Positions 48,574-60,291 of a stretch of 64,000 nt of DNA are shown here, piece by piece. The notes below the pieces were generated by a model. The model ran no database searches. It was not told the origin of the DNA and saw nothing but the letters and a program-made list of their open reading frames with translations. The translations under genes were made by a program, and so were the position numbers. The DNA lies in the NCBI GenBank assembly GCA_023920165.1, contig CP089274.1, forward strand, positions 2,232,001-2,296,000, given 5' to 3'. The stretch is from Curvularia clavata. Its lineage: Eukaryota. Position 1 is the stretch's first letter, and each line of letters begins with the position of its first letter.

Positions 48574-48959
48574 AGATTCTGGCTTCATTCGTGTTTGGCG
48601 GAGAGCAGTTCAACATCCTATGGGCTGAGCGTTTGGTTCACACGTTGTCATGATATTCCAAGATTACGCTTTTTCATCTGTGTATTACAAGCCTCACTCT
48701 TCCAAGTCTACGAACCACTCCCTCCCCATTTTCTAGTGCCAATTTTTCCCCCCGTTTTCTTCAAAACCATCATGCGTCATAAATAGCATCATCATTGACT
48801 CGTCCTTTCTGTTCGTGGCCCCCATGCTATGTAATCCATGCTGTCTATTATCATTGGGGGCCAAAACTATACCTCATGCACATCACCACCCCTTGCTCGC
48901 GCGGACTTTATCGTCAGTAATTAATTCCGCCGAATCCTACATATAACACATACACAATC

Positions 48960-50002
48960 ATGCGAAGCTACTCCCCCCACATACACACAAACTTTCACAT
49001 GTACTCCATGTCGACCGCCGAGATCTGGAGCGCGCTGGGCCTCCCCGCGCGCTCCGCCGCCCGCTTCCTCCTAGTGCCGCGCTACTTTGTCAACGGCTTC
49101 TCCCACATACGCACTTGGAATGCAAATGCATATGCGCTTGCGCGGTACGGGCCGTCGTATCGCTGGCGCATATGGCTACTGTTTGACGCCGAGGATCTAG
49201 AGGAGCTGGAACACTTGATTAATCAGAGTGCGGATAGAGAGGTGTTGGAGCTGCGAGAGGCGAAGCTCGAGCAATTTAGACTCGTGGCATTGGTGGTAAG
49301 TTATGTCCCCGCCAGAGTACGCCGCTGGTGTTCCACTGTGCGAACTGTGGAAAAAGAAAAAAAGGATAGCATGAGGCTAAGTTTGAGTGCTTTTAGGGTG
49401 CATTGCTAGCGACACTGGCGCTTCAGGCGCTGTCGCTGCCTCAATTGACGGAGGCGACGTTCGTGGTGCGCGGATGCTTTGTACTCAGTACCATGCTCTC
49501 GTTGCTCTCGACTTTCTTCACTTGTATCCAGCAGCGTGAGCTAGGCGTCATTCGTACCCCGTCAGCACTACGCATATGGCTTTCCAACGGGACGCAGTAT
49601 CGCAATGGGCAGGGTTGTCTCGTGTGGCAGAGCTCGCTGGCGTCGCTAACACTGCTCGAGGCGCCGTACGAGCTCTTGTATCTCGCTGTTTCCAACTTTG
49701 TAGTCGGCATGTCGGTGTACATGGTTAGTATGTGGAAAGATCACCTGCCGGTGCAAAAGGAAAATGGAGGGTTGCAGGGTACGGCGGTGCTGGTGTATTT
49801 TGCGGTTGGGACGACGTTTGCGTTTACGCTTTTTCCGGTGCTGCTCGGGAGTAAGGATTGTGAGTGGAAGATTGGGACGGCAGAGGCGGCAGAGTCGCAT
49901 ATGGAGACTGAGAGCCGGAATCAGGAGAGGATGTGGATAGAGAGTAGGACGGAGATGGAGACGAAGAGGGCGAGTGGTGTTGATGTTGCGGACTTATCAT
50001 GA
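48960..50002 (+). CDS. Hypothetical multi-pass membrane protein
   Basis: Two ORFs are joined in frame by intron 49296-49396 (LVALV|GALLATLALQAL). Several hydrophobic helices. The start may be a downstream Met. Confidence 0.6.
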
Positions 50003-50964
50003 CGGTGATATGAATCACTGCTGTTTTGTCGATATTTGGGATTGGAAGTTTGGCTCGGCGTTGCATTGCATTGCTAAGGCGTAGGATACCAGATGGTTTC
50101 ATGTTGTCATCTTGATTAGAAGAACCGCCCATGGTGTAGGACAAAATGCCTTCAATTGGAACTGCGACTGCTGTCTTGTCTGATTGAGATTAGCGTGGTT
50201 TATGTGTGGTACATTATTTCTGACCATTCTTCACGGAAATACCTCCAGTTCCCTCAACCAAGAACAGAAGCATATCAGATAAACTGGGACATAGCCGGTC
50301 TTCCATGCTGATCCTTGTCTAATTCACAGTATGGCTCCGTAGATTTGACCCAAGATCTTCCGGGTAGGGTGAATACCAGGTTGGCGGAAATGTCCATGCG
50401 TATCCCCTAGTTGATCGACGAGCATCGGCAGCTAAAAGGCGTCAATTCAAGCTTGACATAAGCTATTTCCAGTTCCTCGTGTTGCATATAGAAATGCAGC
50501 CTGAGATTCTACTCTGCCATTACCTAGTAACCACGTAAAATATCGTCGCAGATTTCGCAAAAGCGACCGATTCGCCATAATCTGCATGATCCCTTACCAG
50601 CAACCTTTTATCAACTATCCAGGCACTCTCAGGTAAGCCTTTCAGCAGTAATAAGCTTCATGGATGCGGCTCGGCGTTTCGGCTGGATGATACCCCATTT
50701 GCCTCCGCAAATAGCCTTCTCCAGGTACGCTAAATCCTAGTACCTTGCATATTTACCCCGTCGCCGGCGGCTGTAATATTTCTCCTACAGGGAACAACAA
50801 TCTACCGTCAATGAGATGGCCTCGCTACGCATGAGATGGAGGGCCTATCCTCGACGGGCGGCTGTAGCTCGTATAGAGATTTGGGCCGATCCCCCGGACA
50901 CATAAGCTGGGGTTCGCGACTTCTGTTTCTTGTGGTTTTTGGATTCGATGCATGGACTTGAACT

Positions 50965-53900
50965 ATGCGGTTCTTGCATCTCTTTACGGTCGCGGTGTCG
51001 CTGTGCTTCAGCGCACTAGCCACGAATAATGGACTCCAGACAACAGTCGAATGGGATAATGGCTCACTCATGGTCAACGGCGAGCGCATCCTCATCATGA
51101 GTGGAGAATTCCGTACGCAGTCCTTGTACAGCCTCGAAAGCACTTGACTGACAATCGACTCTTTCTTCACAGACTATGCTCGCCTTCCTGTACCCGAACT
51201 CTGGGCAGACGTATTCCAAAAGTTCAAAGCCAATGGCATGAATGCAGTTAGCATCTACTTTTTCTGGTCCTATCACTCTGCCTCGCGCGGCACCTTCGAC
51301 TTTACGAGTCCGGCAAAAGACCTGCAGCGTCTCTTTTCAGCAGCCCAAGATGCGGGACTGTACGTGATAGCACGGCCAGGTCCCTACTGTAATGCCGAGA
51401 CGAACGGCGGGGGCTTTGCGCTGTGGACAAGCGACGGCAGCGGCGGAAAATATCGCACCAGTGACGCAACGTACCAAGCCGCATGGTCTGAATGGGTTGC
51501 TGAAGTCGGGCGCATCATTGCAAAGAACCAGATTACGAATGGTGGGCCTGTAGTGCTGACACAGGTGGAGAACGAACTGCAGGAGACACGACATGTGGCT
51601 GATGACACGCTTGTGATTTACATGGAGCAACTGAAAGATGCGTTTAAAAAGGCAGGTATTACCGTGCCCCTGACACACAACGAGAAGGGCTTCAGGTCCA
51701 AGAGCTGGTCGACAGATTATCAGAATGTTGGAGGCGCTATCGATATCTATGGGCTGGATAGTTACCCCGGAGGTATGAGCTGTACCAATCTCGACACAGG
51801 ATTCAATCTCCCGCGAACGTACTATCAGTGGTTTCAAGAGGTGTCGCCGACACAGCCAGAATACCTTCCCGAGTTCGAGGGAGGCTGGTTTCAGCCTTGG
51901 GGTGGCTTCTTCTTTGACCAGTGTCTTGCAGAGCAGAGCCCAGAGTTTGCGGATGTGTTCTACAAGGGCTTGATTGGACAGAGAGCCACACTGTTGAACC
52001 TATACATGGCAAGTCTTTTTGTTGAGATGATTGAAAGAGGTGGCACGGTAACGTTCTTCTTGGCTAACGACTGTTACAGGCTTATGGTGGTACTAATTGG
52101 GGTCATCTTGCTGCACCGGTCGTTTATACGTCGTACGACTATGATGCGCCTCTTCGTGAAACACGGGAGGTTCGTTCAAAATTCTCGCAGTACAAGCTGC
52201 TCGCGCTTTTTACCCGTGTGAGCAAGGGATTGCACAATACTGTCATGGAGGCGAATGGCACAGCGAATGCAGTCTCGAGCTCTGCCATTTGGACGTGGCA
52301 GCTTAAGAACCGCGAGTCGAATGCCAGGTTTTATCTTGCAGAGAATAACAACACTCGGACAAGAGATGTGACTGGTTTTTCTATGACAGTCAAGACATCA
52401 GCGGGTGACGTGACGATTCCGAGTATGCAACTAGCGGGACGACAGAGTAGATGGGTGGTCACGGATTACGAGGTCGGCAATGAGACATTGCTTTACTCGT
52501 CGGCGGAGATTGCATCCTATGGGTTGTTTGACCGCCCTGTTCTTGTGTTCTATACCCGAGCTGGGCAGGTTGCACAATTTGCCTTCAAATCGCATGGTAA
52601 CCTGACCTTCAAGTCGTGGGGTGCAGAGACGGACCTTGCCAGTGCACCAGGGAACAAGACCTACTCGAGTTTCAAGTTCACTCAAAGCAAGGGGGTGACA
52701 GTTGTCGAGTTCTCCAATGGAGTTCTGGCATACCTCTTGGATATCCCGTCGGCTTGGACATTCTTTGCGCCACCGACGACTGGCAATCCCAATGTCACAC
52801 CCGACAAGCAGATCTTCGTCCTCGGACCGTACCTTGTTCGGTCAGCTAGTATTGCAGACGGGACCGTTGCTGTCGTGGGTGATAATGCAAACGCAACTTC
52901 TATTGAAGTTTATGCTGGCGCTGGTGTCAGTACGATATCCTGGAATGGTAAAAGGCTCGAGACGATAAAGACACCGTATGGCGCTCTTACGGCAAAGCTC
53001 AAGGGAACTTCAGACCGCAAAGTTAATTTGCCGGAGCTTTCTGGCTTCAAGGCGGTAGACGCTTCACCTGAGATCAACCCCTCCTACAATGACAAGAACT
53101 GGATCGTTGCAAACAAAACAACGACCCTTAGTCCAGTGAAGCCGCTTACACTGCCTGTTCTCTTCAGCAGTGACTACAAGTTTTATGCAGGCGCCAAAAT
53201 CTACCGTGGCTACTTCTCCGACAAGGCGGCGACCTCGCTCAACATGACAGTGCAGGGCGGTGTTGCGGCCGGCTGGAATGCATGGCTTAACGGACGGCCC
53301 CTCGGATACCACCCCGGCAACGCCTCCCTTACATCGACAAGCGCGCTTCTTTCATTTAGCAATGCAACGCGAACGGACGGCCAAAGCAACGTCTTAACCG
53401 TGATCACAGACTACACAGGCCACGACCAGACGTCTACAGGACCTGCTGGAGCTGAGAATCCGCGGGGCATTCTGGGCACACAACTCCTTGCTGCGAATGG
53501 GACGAAGCTGTCGTTTGACCAGTGGAAAATTCAAGGCAATGCTGGGGGTGAGGAAAACATTGACGCCGTCCGTGGACCCATGAATGAAGGCGGGCTGTAT
53601 GGCGAACGGCTCGGTTGGCATCTCCCAGGCTTCGACACGGCGACATGGGCGGCTGCGAGTCCCACGACTGATGGCGTCGAGGGCGCTGCGATCCGGTGGT
53701 TTACTACCAAGTTTACGCTCGACATTGACACGGATCTTGATGTTCCAATTGGCGTCGAAATGGGCGCACCCAAGGGCACAGTGGCACGTGTCATGTTGTT
53801 TGTGAATGGATACCAATACGGCAAGTTTGTACCGCACATCGGCCCCCAGACCCGCTTCCCGGTTCCGCCGGGCATACTCAATGTGAAAGGAGAGAATACG

Positions 53901-54056
53901 CTTAGCGTGGTAGTATGGGCGCAGACGGACAAGGGAGCGAAGCTGGACACATTGAGGTTGATAGAGTACGCGAGGTATGAGAGCGGATTTGGATTTGGTG
54001 CGATTAATGGCGAGGCTCTGCAGCCAAAGTGGAAAGATCGAAGTCAGTATGCTTGA
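50965..54056 (+). CDS. Secreted GH35 beta-galactosidase
   Basis: Signal peptide; motifs SGEFHYARLP, ARPGPYCNAETNGGG, QVENE, PEFEGGW and NLYMAYGGTNWG...YTSYDY. Introns 51113-51172 and 52009-52079 (GC-AG). Confidence 0.94.
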
Positions 54057-54240
54057 GGAGTGTTTTTGGGGACTGAAGGAAAAAGAACAGTGCCGGATTG
54101 CATATCCAATGGATTTGTTGATTTTGTTACTCGCGCGAAGTAGCGTTCTCGATATCATTTCGTCTCTTGTACAAGAAGTCACGTACACATGCAGTCGCTA
54201 GTGGTTATGCAAAAAGGAATCCACAAATGCAGAGTCGAGC

Positions 54241-55265
54241 CTAGTAGTCCCAGCCATCATCATGGCTGTCTTCGAAGTCGTACACCATGTCGAACCAGTT
54301 CCCGCCCCCGTACTGACATTTGCTCGGGCCAATTTTCTTAAAGCCAGCTCTTTCATAAAAGGGAATGTAGCGGTCTCTGCAGATGAGTGCTATGCGTGTG
54401 GCTACGCCCGAGTCCTTGATCCTCTGGACGTAGCTTTGCAGCAGTATTGAGCCAAGGCCCTTTCGTGCAAAGTCGGGGTGCACACACAGGGAGTGCAGAC
54501 ATACCGTTTGGCCATCTTCATTGTGGCCAGTGCTTGGTGCTAGTTGGTAGTTAGTCTTCCAGTCCTTGGGATAGTCCATGGCGTCATCGGTAACGAGCGG
54601 GGATTTGGACTTTGTGGAGATGATGTGAGCCAGCAGGATCCGCTTTCGGTCACTGTCGGTGGAATTTATTGAAGGGAAGGTTCGGGTCTTGAGGATTTCG
54701 CCCAGGGGCCCCTCAGTAGTGGGGTAGGCGGATGAGAAGAGGCCGCTACAGAGTTCGCCGCACGTCCGCAAGCGGTAGTCGAGCTAGAAGCGGTTAGTGC
54801 CGTGTTCCAGGTGCGACGGTTGTGCGAGGCGGAGGATGGTGGAGTGTGTAAGGGCGTCTGGGCAGAAAGGAGCACAGGTGACATGCCATACAACCACTGG
54901 GTTGGTAGCACAGCAACGCAAAAAGCAAAACAAAGAGGTCTGTAGAGGGAGATATGGCACGGGACAGAAGGAGAGCGAGGGAGAGCATGAAGGATTGGCC
55001 TCACCTTTTCTCGCGTCGCAGCCTCGATGGGATCAAAGGCGGCGTGCTCGAGCCAGTCACAGTCGTCGAGATCGTCGATGTTGAGCAGGGACGAGTAGGG
55101 GCGCACGCCCATCTGTTTGAGGCGCTCCTCCTGGGCGATGCTGGAGCTGCGATGGGGCACCAGACTGGAGTTGGCTGCGGGCTCCGGGCTGAGGGCTTGG
55201 GGCTCTCTGGACAGCTGGGGCATGCTGTCGAGCGTCTGTTTCTCTGCCAGCAGGTCTCGTGGCAT
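54241..55265 (-). CDS. PAA1: GNAT N-acetyltransferase, polyamine/arylalkylamine (Paa1-like)
   Basis: LEHAAFDPIEAATREK|LDYRLRTCGELCSGLF across intron 54784-55004. LHSLCVHPDFARKGLGSILL (acetyl-CoA motif A), FYERAGF, YGGGNWFDM. Confidence 0.82.
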
Positions 55266-55351
55266 GTTGGCAGGGGAATTGAGGGGCGGATTGATGGCAC
55301 AGGAGGACAGTCGGCGAGCACAGCACGGCAGAGAATGTACAGCAGCGCACC

Positions 55352-55380
55352 GCAGAGCAGAGCAGAGCAGAGCAGAGCAG
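55352..55380. repeat. (GCAGA)5.8 microsatellite upstream of the PAA1-like gene
   Basis: Read directly from the sequence. Confidence 0.85.
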
Positions 55381-56117
55381 CAGGCCAGGGCCGGTCACGG
55401 GACTTTGACGGGCGCGGCGGTTGTCTCGTCCCCCGCGTTTTGCTAGCGGCTCGCTTCGCCTGCCGTTGGCGATCATCACGTGACAAGCCACGCTGCATCC
55501 CGGCTCCCACCTCCCACCTCCCACGGCCCGTGTCGGCTGGTCTGGACGGCGAGGGGACCGGACGACGTGGGCTGTGGGCTGTGGGCTGGCTTACAGGGCG
55601 CAGCAGGCAGACGACAAGATTGCATGTACACGGGATGCCTGGTACGCGGGCCGGCTGGACGAGTGCACTGTACTTATACATGGTAGTAATGTGCCCCGCT
55701 TCGCCGCCACCCTTGCTCGTGCCCACGGCCAACGGCCAACGGCGTCGTAGCAGGCACTGGCAAGGCGGTGCTCCCACTCCTTCGACTGCACGTCTTCGTG
55801 CCAGCCCGACGACGCCGGTACATGACAGGGCCGCCGTCTTGCTGCCCATCTCTCCCGTGCGCTGCTCCCACAACATGGCGGCCCTGCAGCCTGTGCCCTC
55901 GGAGCCCTCTGCCCGCTGATTCATCCGCCGCTGCCCTTGCGGCTCCACCGTCCACTGCCTTCCATCCTCTTCCAGCCTCACGCCTCCACCGCGACCAAAC
56001 TCCACGGCCCAGCGCCTCGTTCCAAACGCCCACCACCGCCCCTGACTCACCTCTGCCGGACACCGTGTTACATCCTTTGCCCTCTTCAGGACGAGGCCGC
56101 ATACGCCCAGAGCCGCC

Positions 56118-57569
56118 ATGTGAGTCCATTCCCCGCCGCCCTTCTTGTCCCACCACCGCTACAACCACCCGTCCCAAGCCTCTGCTAACATGCTGCCTCC
56201 AGGCCGCGCGTCACCATATCCATCACTGCGCCCGGCACCCACGCCGACACTGACCTACTGACGCTCGAGCTGCCGCCCGGCAGCACCGTCAAGGACCTGA
56301 AGACGTACATCGAGGCCGACACCAGCCTGCCCTCGGCCGCACAGAGCCTCTACCTAAACGGCAAGCCCGTAGCCATCGACACACAGACACTAGAGGATGC
56401 CGGAATCAAGGACGGTGAGATGCTCGCCGTCGTGATGCGCACCGCACCTCGACCAAACCGGAACATGCACCAGTCGGGCAGACCAGCCCAACCCGACCCA
56501 GAGGGTGTGCGACAGCTCGTCCTCAACGATCCCCAGCAGATGAACAAGCTGCGCCAGGCCGACCCGGAACTCGCCGCCGCCGTCAACGACCCCACCAGGT
56601 GGAGGAATACATATGCCCAGAGGCAGCGTCAGGCAGAGGAATCAGAGCGAGAGCGCCAGAACCAAATCGCCCTGCTCAACGAGGACCCTTTCAACGTCGA
56701 GGCCCAGCGCAAGATTGAGGAAATCATCCGCCAGGACCGTGTTGTCGAGAATCTGCAAAAAGCATACGACGAGAACCCAGAAGGTGAGGATTGAACTTGG
56801 TTCTATTCAGGTCATCAAACACACATACTAACACATGGCAGTCTTCACACGCGTACACATGCTCTACGTCAACACCGAAGTCAATGGCGTGCCCGTCAAG
56901 GCCTTTGTTGACTCTGGTGCCCAGGCTACCATCATGTCCCCCGACTGCGCCGAGCGATGTGGTATCATGCGACTCATGGACGTCCGGTATGCTGGCATGG
57001 CACGTGGTGTCGGTACAGCACGCATCCTCGGTCGCGTACATCATGCCGAGATCAAGATTGGAGGAGCAGTCATGCCCTGCGCTTTCACCGTCATGGAAGG
57101 CAAGGATGTCGATCTGCTTTTCGGTCTTGATATGCTGAAGCGATATCGCGCCAAGATCGATCTCGAGAAGAACGCACTCTGCTTCGAAGGCCAGGAGGTA
57201 CCCTTTTTGCACGAGTCGGAAATTCCAAGGAGTTTCGAGGAGGCCGAGTTGAACGAACCCACCGTCTCTGGTCCTAATGGTGAGGAGATTGGCACCAAAA
57301 CGGGTGCCGTTCGACCCAAGGGCTCATCGCAAGCTGGGCCCTCCAACGCCGGCGCATCATCGTCGTCATCATCCCAGCCTGCACAAGCGCAACCCCAACC
57401 CGCAGCACCAAAGGCACCTGCACCCACAGCTCCAAACTCCAACTTTCCACGGGAACACGTCCAGCAACTCACCAGCATGTTTGGATGCTCGGAGCAAGAA
57501 GCTATACAAGCCCTGGAAATGTTTGGCGGTAACGTAGAGCATGCGGCGAGTTTCCTTATTGGCGGGTAA
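56118..57569 (+). CDS. DDI1: DNA damage-inducible protein 1 (UBL, retroviral-type aspartyl protease, UBA)
   Basis: The AT|G start is split by intron 56120-56202. UBL domain, NEDPFNVEAQRKIEEIIRQ, a second intron at ~56783-56840, KAFVDSGAQATIMS, LLFGLDMLKR and a C-terminal UBA. Confidence 0.93.
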
Positions 57570-57911
57570 CGACTGCCATTGTGTGGGCGAAGTAGACTTT
57601 GAAAGCATGAAACATCTTGAGACATCTCAAGAAACTTGTAGACAAAGTCTTGAAAATGGTGGTATAGTATAGCATCTCAATGCTACCTGTACTTGTGACT
57701 GCTGGGCAAAACACGCTGGGGGGCTAGAATATACACAGCGTCTTAAATGACGACGGCGAAGACGATAATAATATAGAGAAATCATTTGAAGCCAGGTTTA
57801 TACTGCCATATCAGAAGTCAATGTGAGACTCTTGTTTGTTTTATTACAACACCACGAACCCATACTTTTCCTGTAATCCCGAACACCCACTCATGCCAAC
57901 CCCCTGTCCCT

Positions 57912-59600
57912 TTACCTAATCTTATACAAACACGGCTTCAACACCGCCTTTTCCGCCTCCTCACCCTCTTCCTCCTCGCCAAGCGCCACCCTCTTCCCCT
58001 TAAGCCCAAATTTCATTCCGCCACCCCTCTGCGCCACCGCCCCTTCCTTCTGATCCTCGCGCGCATTCTTACCCCGACTAGGATGCGCCGCCTTGACAAA
58101 TTGCATCTTGACAAACATTTTGTTATTAAGATCGATTGCGTCGCCGGGGCGTTCAGGCAGCGCATCTAGCACGAAGCCGCGTTTGCGCAGGACATTGATA
58201 AAGGCCGAGACGTCTGTGCCTTCTTTTGCGGTTTGCCCGTCTACGGCTACTGCGAGTTCGGCTTCGTCGGCGGAGTCCTCGGGGCCTTCTTCTGGGGGTT
58301 TCTCGCTTTTGCTCTGCTTCTTAGGTGGTTTCTTGTTATCCATGGGCTTGCGGAGGGAGCCGATGGAATTGATGGGAACACCGCCTTTCTTCTTGTCAAC
58401 GCGGCCAAATCGCGATTTTATCTCGGAGACCCAGAGTTCTCCGCGCCAGCGCAGGATGCGGTATGCTTCGTCGATGAAGTCGAGCCAGTTTGTGCCCATC
58501 AGTGCGAGACAGAAGATGGCGACGTCGACGCTGTTGTCGGCGAGGGGCAGCGCCGCGATGTCGGCAACAGTGACGAGATCAGCGGAGGGACCGCTGGGTT
58601 TTGAGAGGTCGAATGAGTGGAAGGTGAGGTTTAGTGATTTGAGATGGGGTTGGAGGCGGTAGGAGAGAGACGCGGTGCCACAGCCCAAGTCAGCGATTGT
58701 GCTGTGGCCCTTGAAGTCGCGGGGAAGGGGTTTTGCGTCGCCGCGCGGAGGCGCAATGGCTGTGTTCTCTTCTTCGTCCTCGAAGCCAGGACCACGTCTC
58801 ACGGCAGACTTTTGTGCTTTGCGATCTCTGCGCTGGTCTTTGTTGCGGAGCTTAGCTCGTACGAGAACACTGTTTACGTAGCCGTCTACGGGATTCTCTG
58901 GCCATACTTCGACTTGCTGTGCGAAACCACGATGGTAGTCCTCGAACATCGAAGGGTCTTCCTTGAAGAGTGAGGCGCTGTCCGCAGAGGGTTTGGTGTA
59001 CAATGCTTCGTTCAGATGGCGGAAACGGGCGCTGGCAAGCTTGCTGCGCATGGAGCGCTGCAGTGGTGTGAGGCCCTTTGGCTCGGGCAGAAGGTTTTCG
59101 AGGGTGGGTGCTGCTTTCGCTTCAGCTGCGTTTGCGGCGAGGAGTTTGTCGGCCTTGGATTCCTTCTTGCGCTTCTTCTTGTCGCGTTTTGATTCCCCAT
59201 CGGCAGCAGCAGGCTTATCGGTTGAGGCTTTCGCGGGAACAAGCTTTGCGTCGTCGACTGCTTCCTCTCCTTCCTTTGAGCCATCGTCATCCTGCTGCTT
59301 CTCCTTGTTACCTCCAGCCTTTCCCCTCTTCCTCTTCTTCCCACGCTTCTCTTCCGCTGCATCATCTGCCACTACTGCACCATTCTGTTCAGACGGCTTT
59401 GCCTGCTTTGCCTCTACACTCTTGCCACTTGCGATGCTCTCCCATTTCTCTGCCAAATTGTCCGCATTGACTTCCTTCTCTTCGCGCCTTTCCTTCCGCT
59501 TCTGCGCCTTCTTTCCAGGTTTAGTCTGATCTTTTGGCTTGGGTGCTTCGACCTGGGTCTTGACCTGCGCAGAGACGTTCCATCCGGGTACCGCGAACAT
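57912..59600 (-). CDS. RRP8: 25S rRNA adenine-N1 methyltransferase Rrp8
   Basis: MFAVPGW start; KLASARFRHLNEALYT, YHRGFAQQVEVWPENPVD, IADLGCG, FCLALMGTNW, EIKSRF; C-terminal LKPCLYKIR. Confidence 0.95.
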   Translation of the reverse strand: MFAVPGWNVSAQVKTQVEAPKPKDQTKPGKKAQKRKERREEKEVNADNLAEKWESIASGKSVEAKQAKPSEQNGAVVADDAAEEKRGKKRKRGKAGGNKEKQQDDDGSKEGEEAVDDAKLVPAKASTDKPAAADGESKRDKKKRKKESKADKLLAANAAEAKAAPTLENLLPEPKGLTPLQRSMRSKLASARFRHLNEALYTKPSADSASLFKEDPSMFEDYHRGFAQQVEVWPENPVDGYVNSVLVRAKLRNKDQRRDRKAQKSAVRRGPGFEDEEENTAIAPPRGDAKPLPRDFKGHSTIADLGCGTASLSYRLQPHLKSLNLTFHSFDLSKPSGPSADLVTVADIAALPLADNSVDVAIFCLALMGTNWLDFIDEAYRILRWRGELWVSEIKSRFGRVDKKKGGVPINSIGSLRKPMDNKKPPKKQSKSEKPPEEGPEDSADEAELAVAVDGQTAKEGTDVSAFINVLRKRGFVLDALPERPGDAIDLNNKMFVKMQFVKAAHPSRGKNAREDQKEGAVAQRGGGMKFGLKGKRVALGEEEEGEEAEKAVLKPCLYKIR

Positions 59601-60291
59601 ATTGCCGGGCGAATTACAGACGGGATTCGGTGTGAGGTTTGGCTGTTGAAGTTGCGCGGAAACTTAGCGGCGCAGCTGGAAATTTTGGCGGTGGAATGTT
59701 TTGCCGAAAAGTGGGGCTTTCGCGCGGAGTTCGACTGTGGGACCTCAGCAACACCTGCGACTTTGACATGATCGCGACCTCATCGTTCAGTATAGGCCAT
59801 ACAAATTGCATGTCGGACAGGCCAACTCATTCCCCGCCTTATTGAAACAGTCACGCAAAGTGTCGATATCGCATCAGTTTCTATAACTATCACTTGAACA
59901 ATCTCTAATATGCGTGCTCTACATTTGAGTATTTTGTCAAGGACACTATAACAGGCACCGAATTTTCACACAGCATTTTGAATCAAGCAAATGAATACAC
60001 TTGAAGATGAAAGGTCATATTAGACTCAATCTCACTCCTCGTCAAGCCTATGAACATTTTGCTTTCATAAAAAGGAGTGAGTATAACTATCATCGTCAAA
60101 GCCATATAAACTAGGCGAAAACGCAATTCACCTTACAGCTCCCCGTTTCCAATCTCATGGCCGGGCTTCCAGAAAGTAAAACATAAACACAAAAACTCCT
60201 TGACCGTGCGCCAACCGCTCTAAAACAAACACTATGCAGCGAAAGCAAGACTTTACTTTTTGTCGGATACTACGATCCAACGTTCACTTAA

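Noticed and set aside
53394..54188. 264-aa antisense ORF within GH35, and similar antisense ORFs in the DnaJ, PRD1, RRP8 and DDI1 genes
   Set aside because: Shadow ORFs produced by codon bias on the coding strand; no motifs.
54954..56253. Long overlapping ORFs (321 aa +, 372 aa -, and others) between PAA1-like and DDI1
   Set aside because: GC-rich divergent promoter/UTR region where stops are rare. The translations are low-complexity R/G/P/A, run through a microsatellite and overlap real genes.
5724..59600. Functional cluster of RNA-metabolism or ubiquitin genes (MSN5, RSA3, SKI3, DXO-like, RRP8; RBR, CUE, DDI1)
   Set aside because: They are interspersed with unrelated housekeeping genes, which is consistent with chance neighbourhood.
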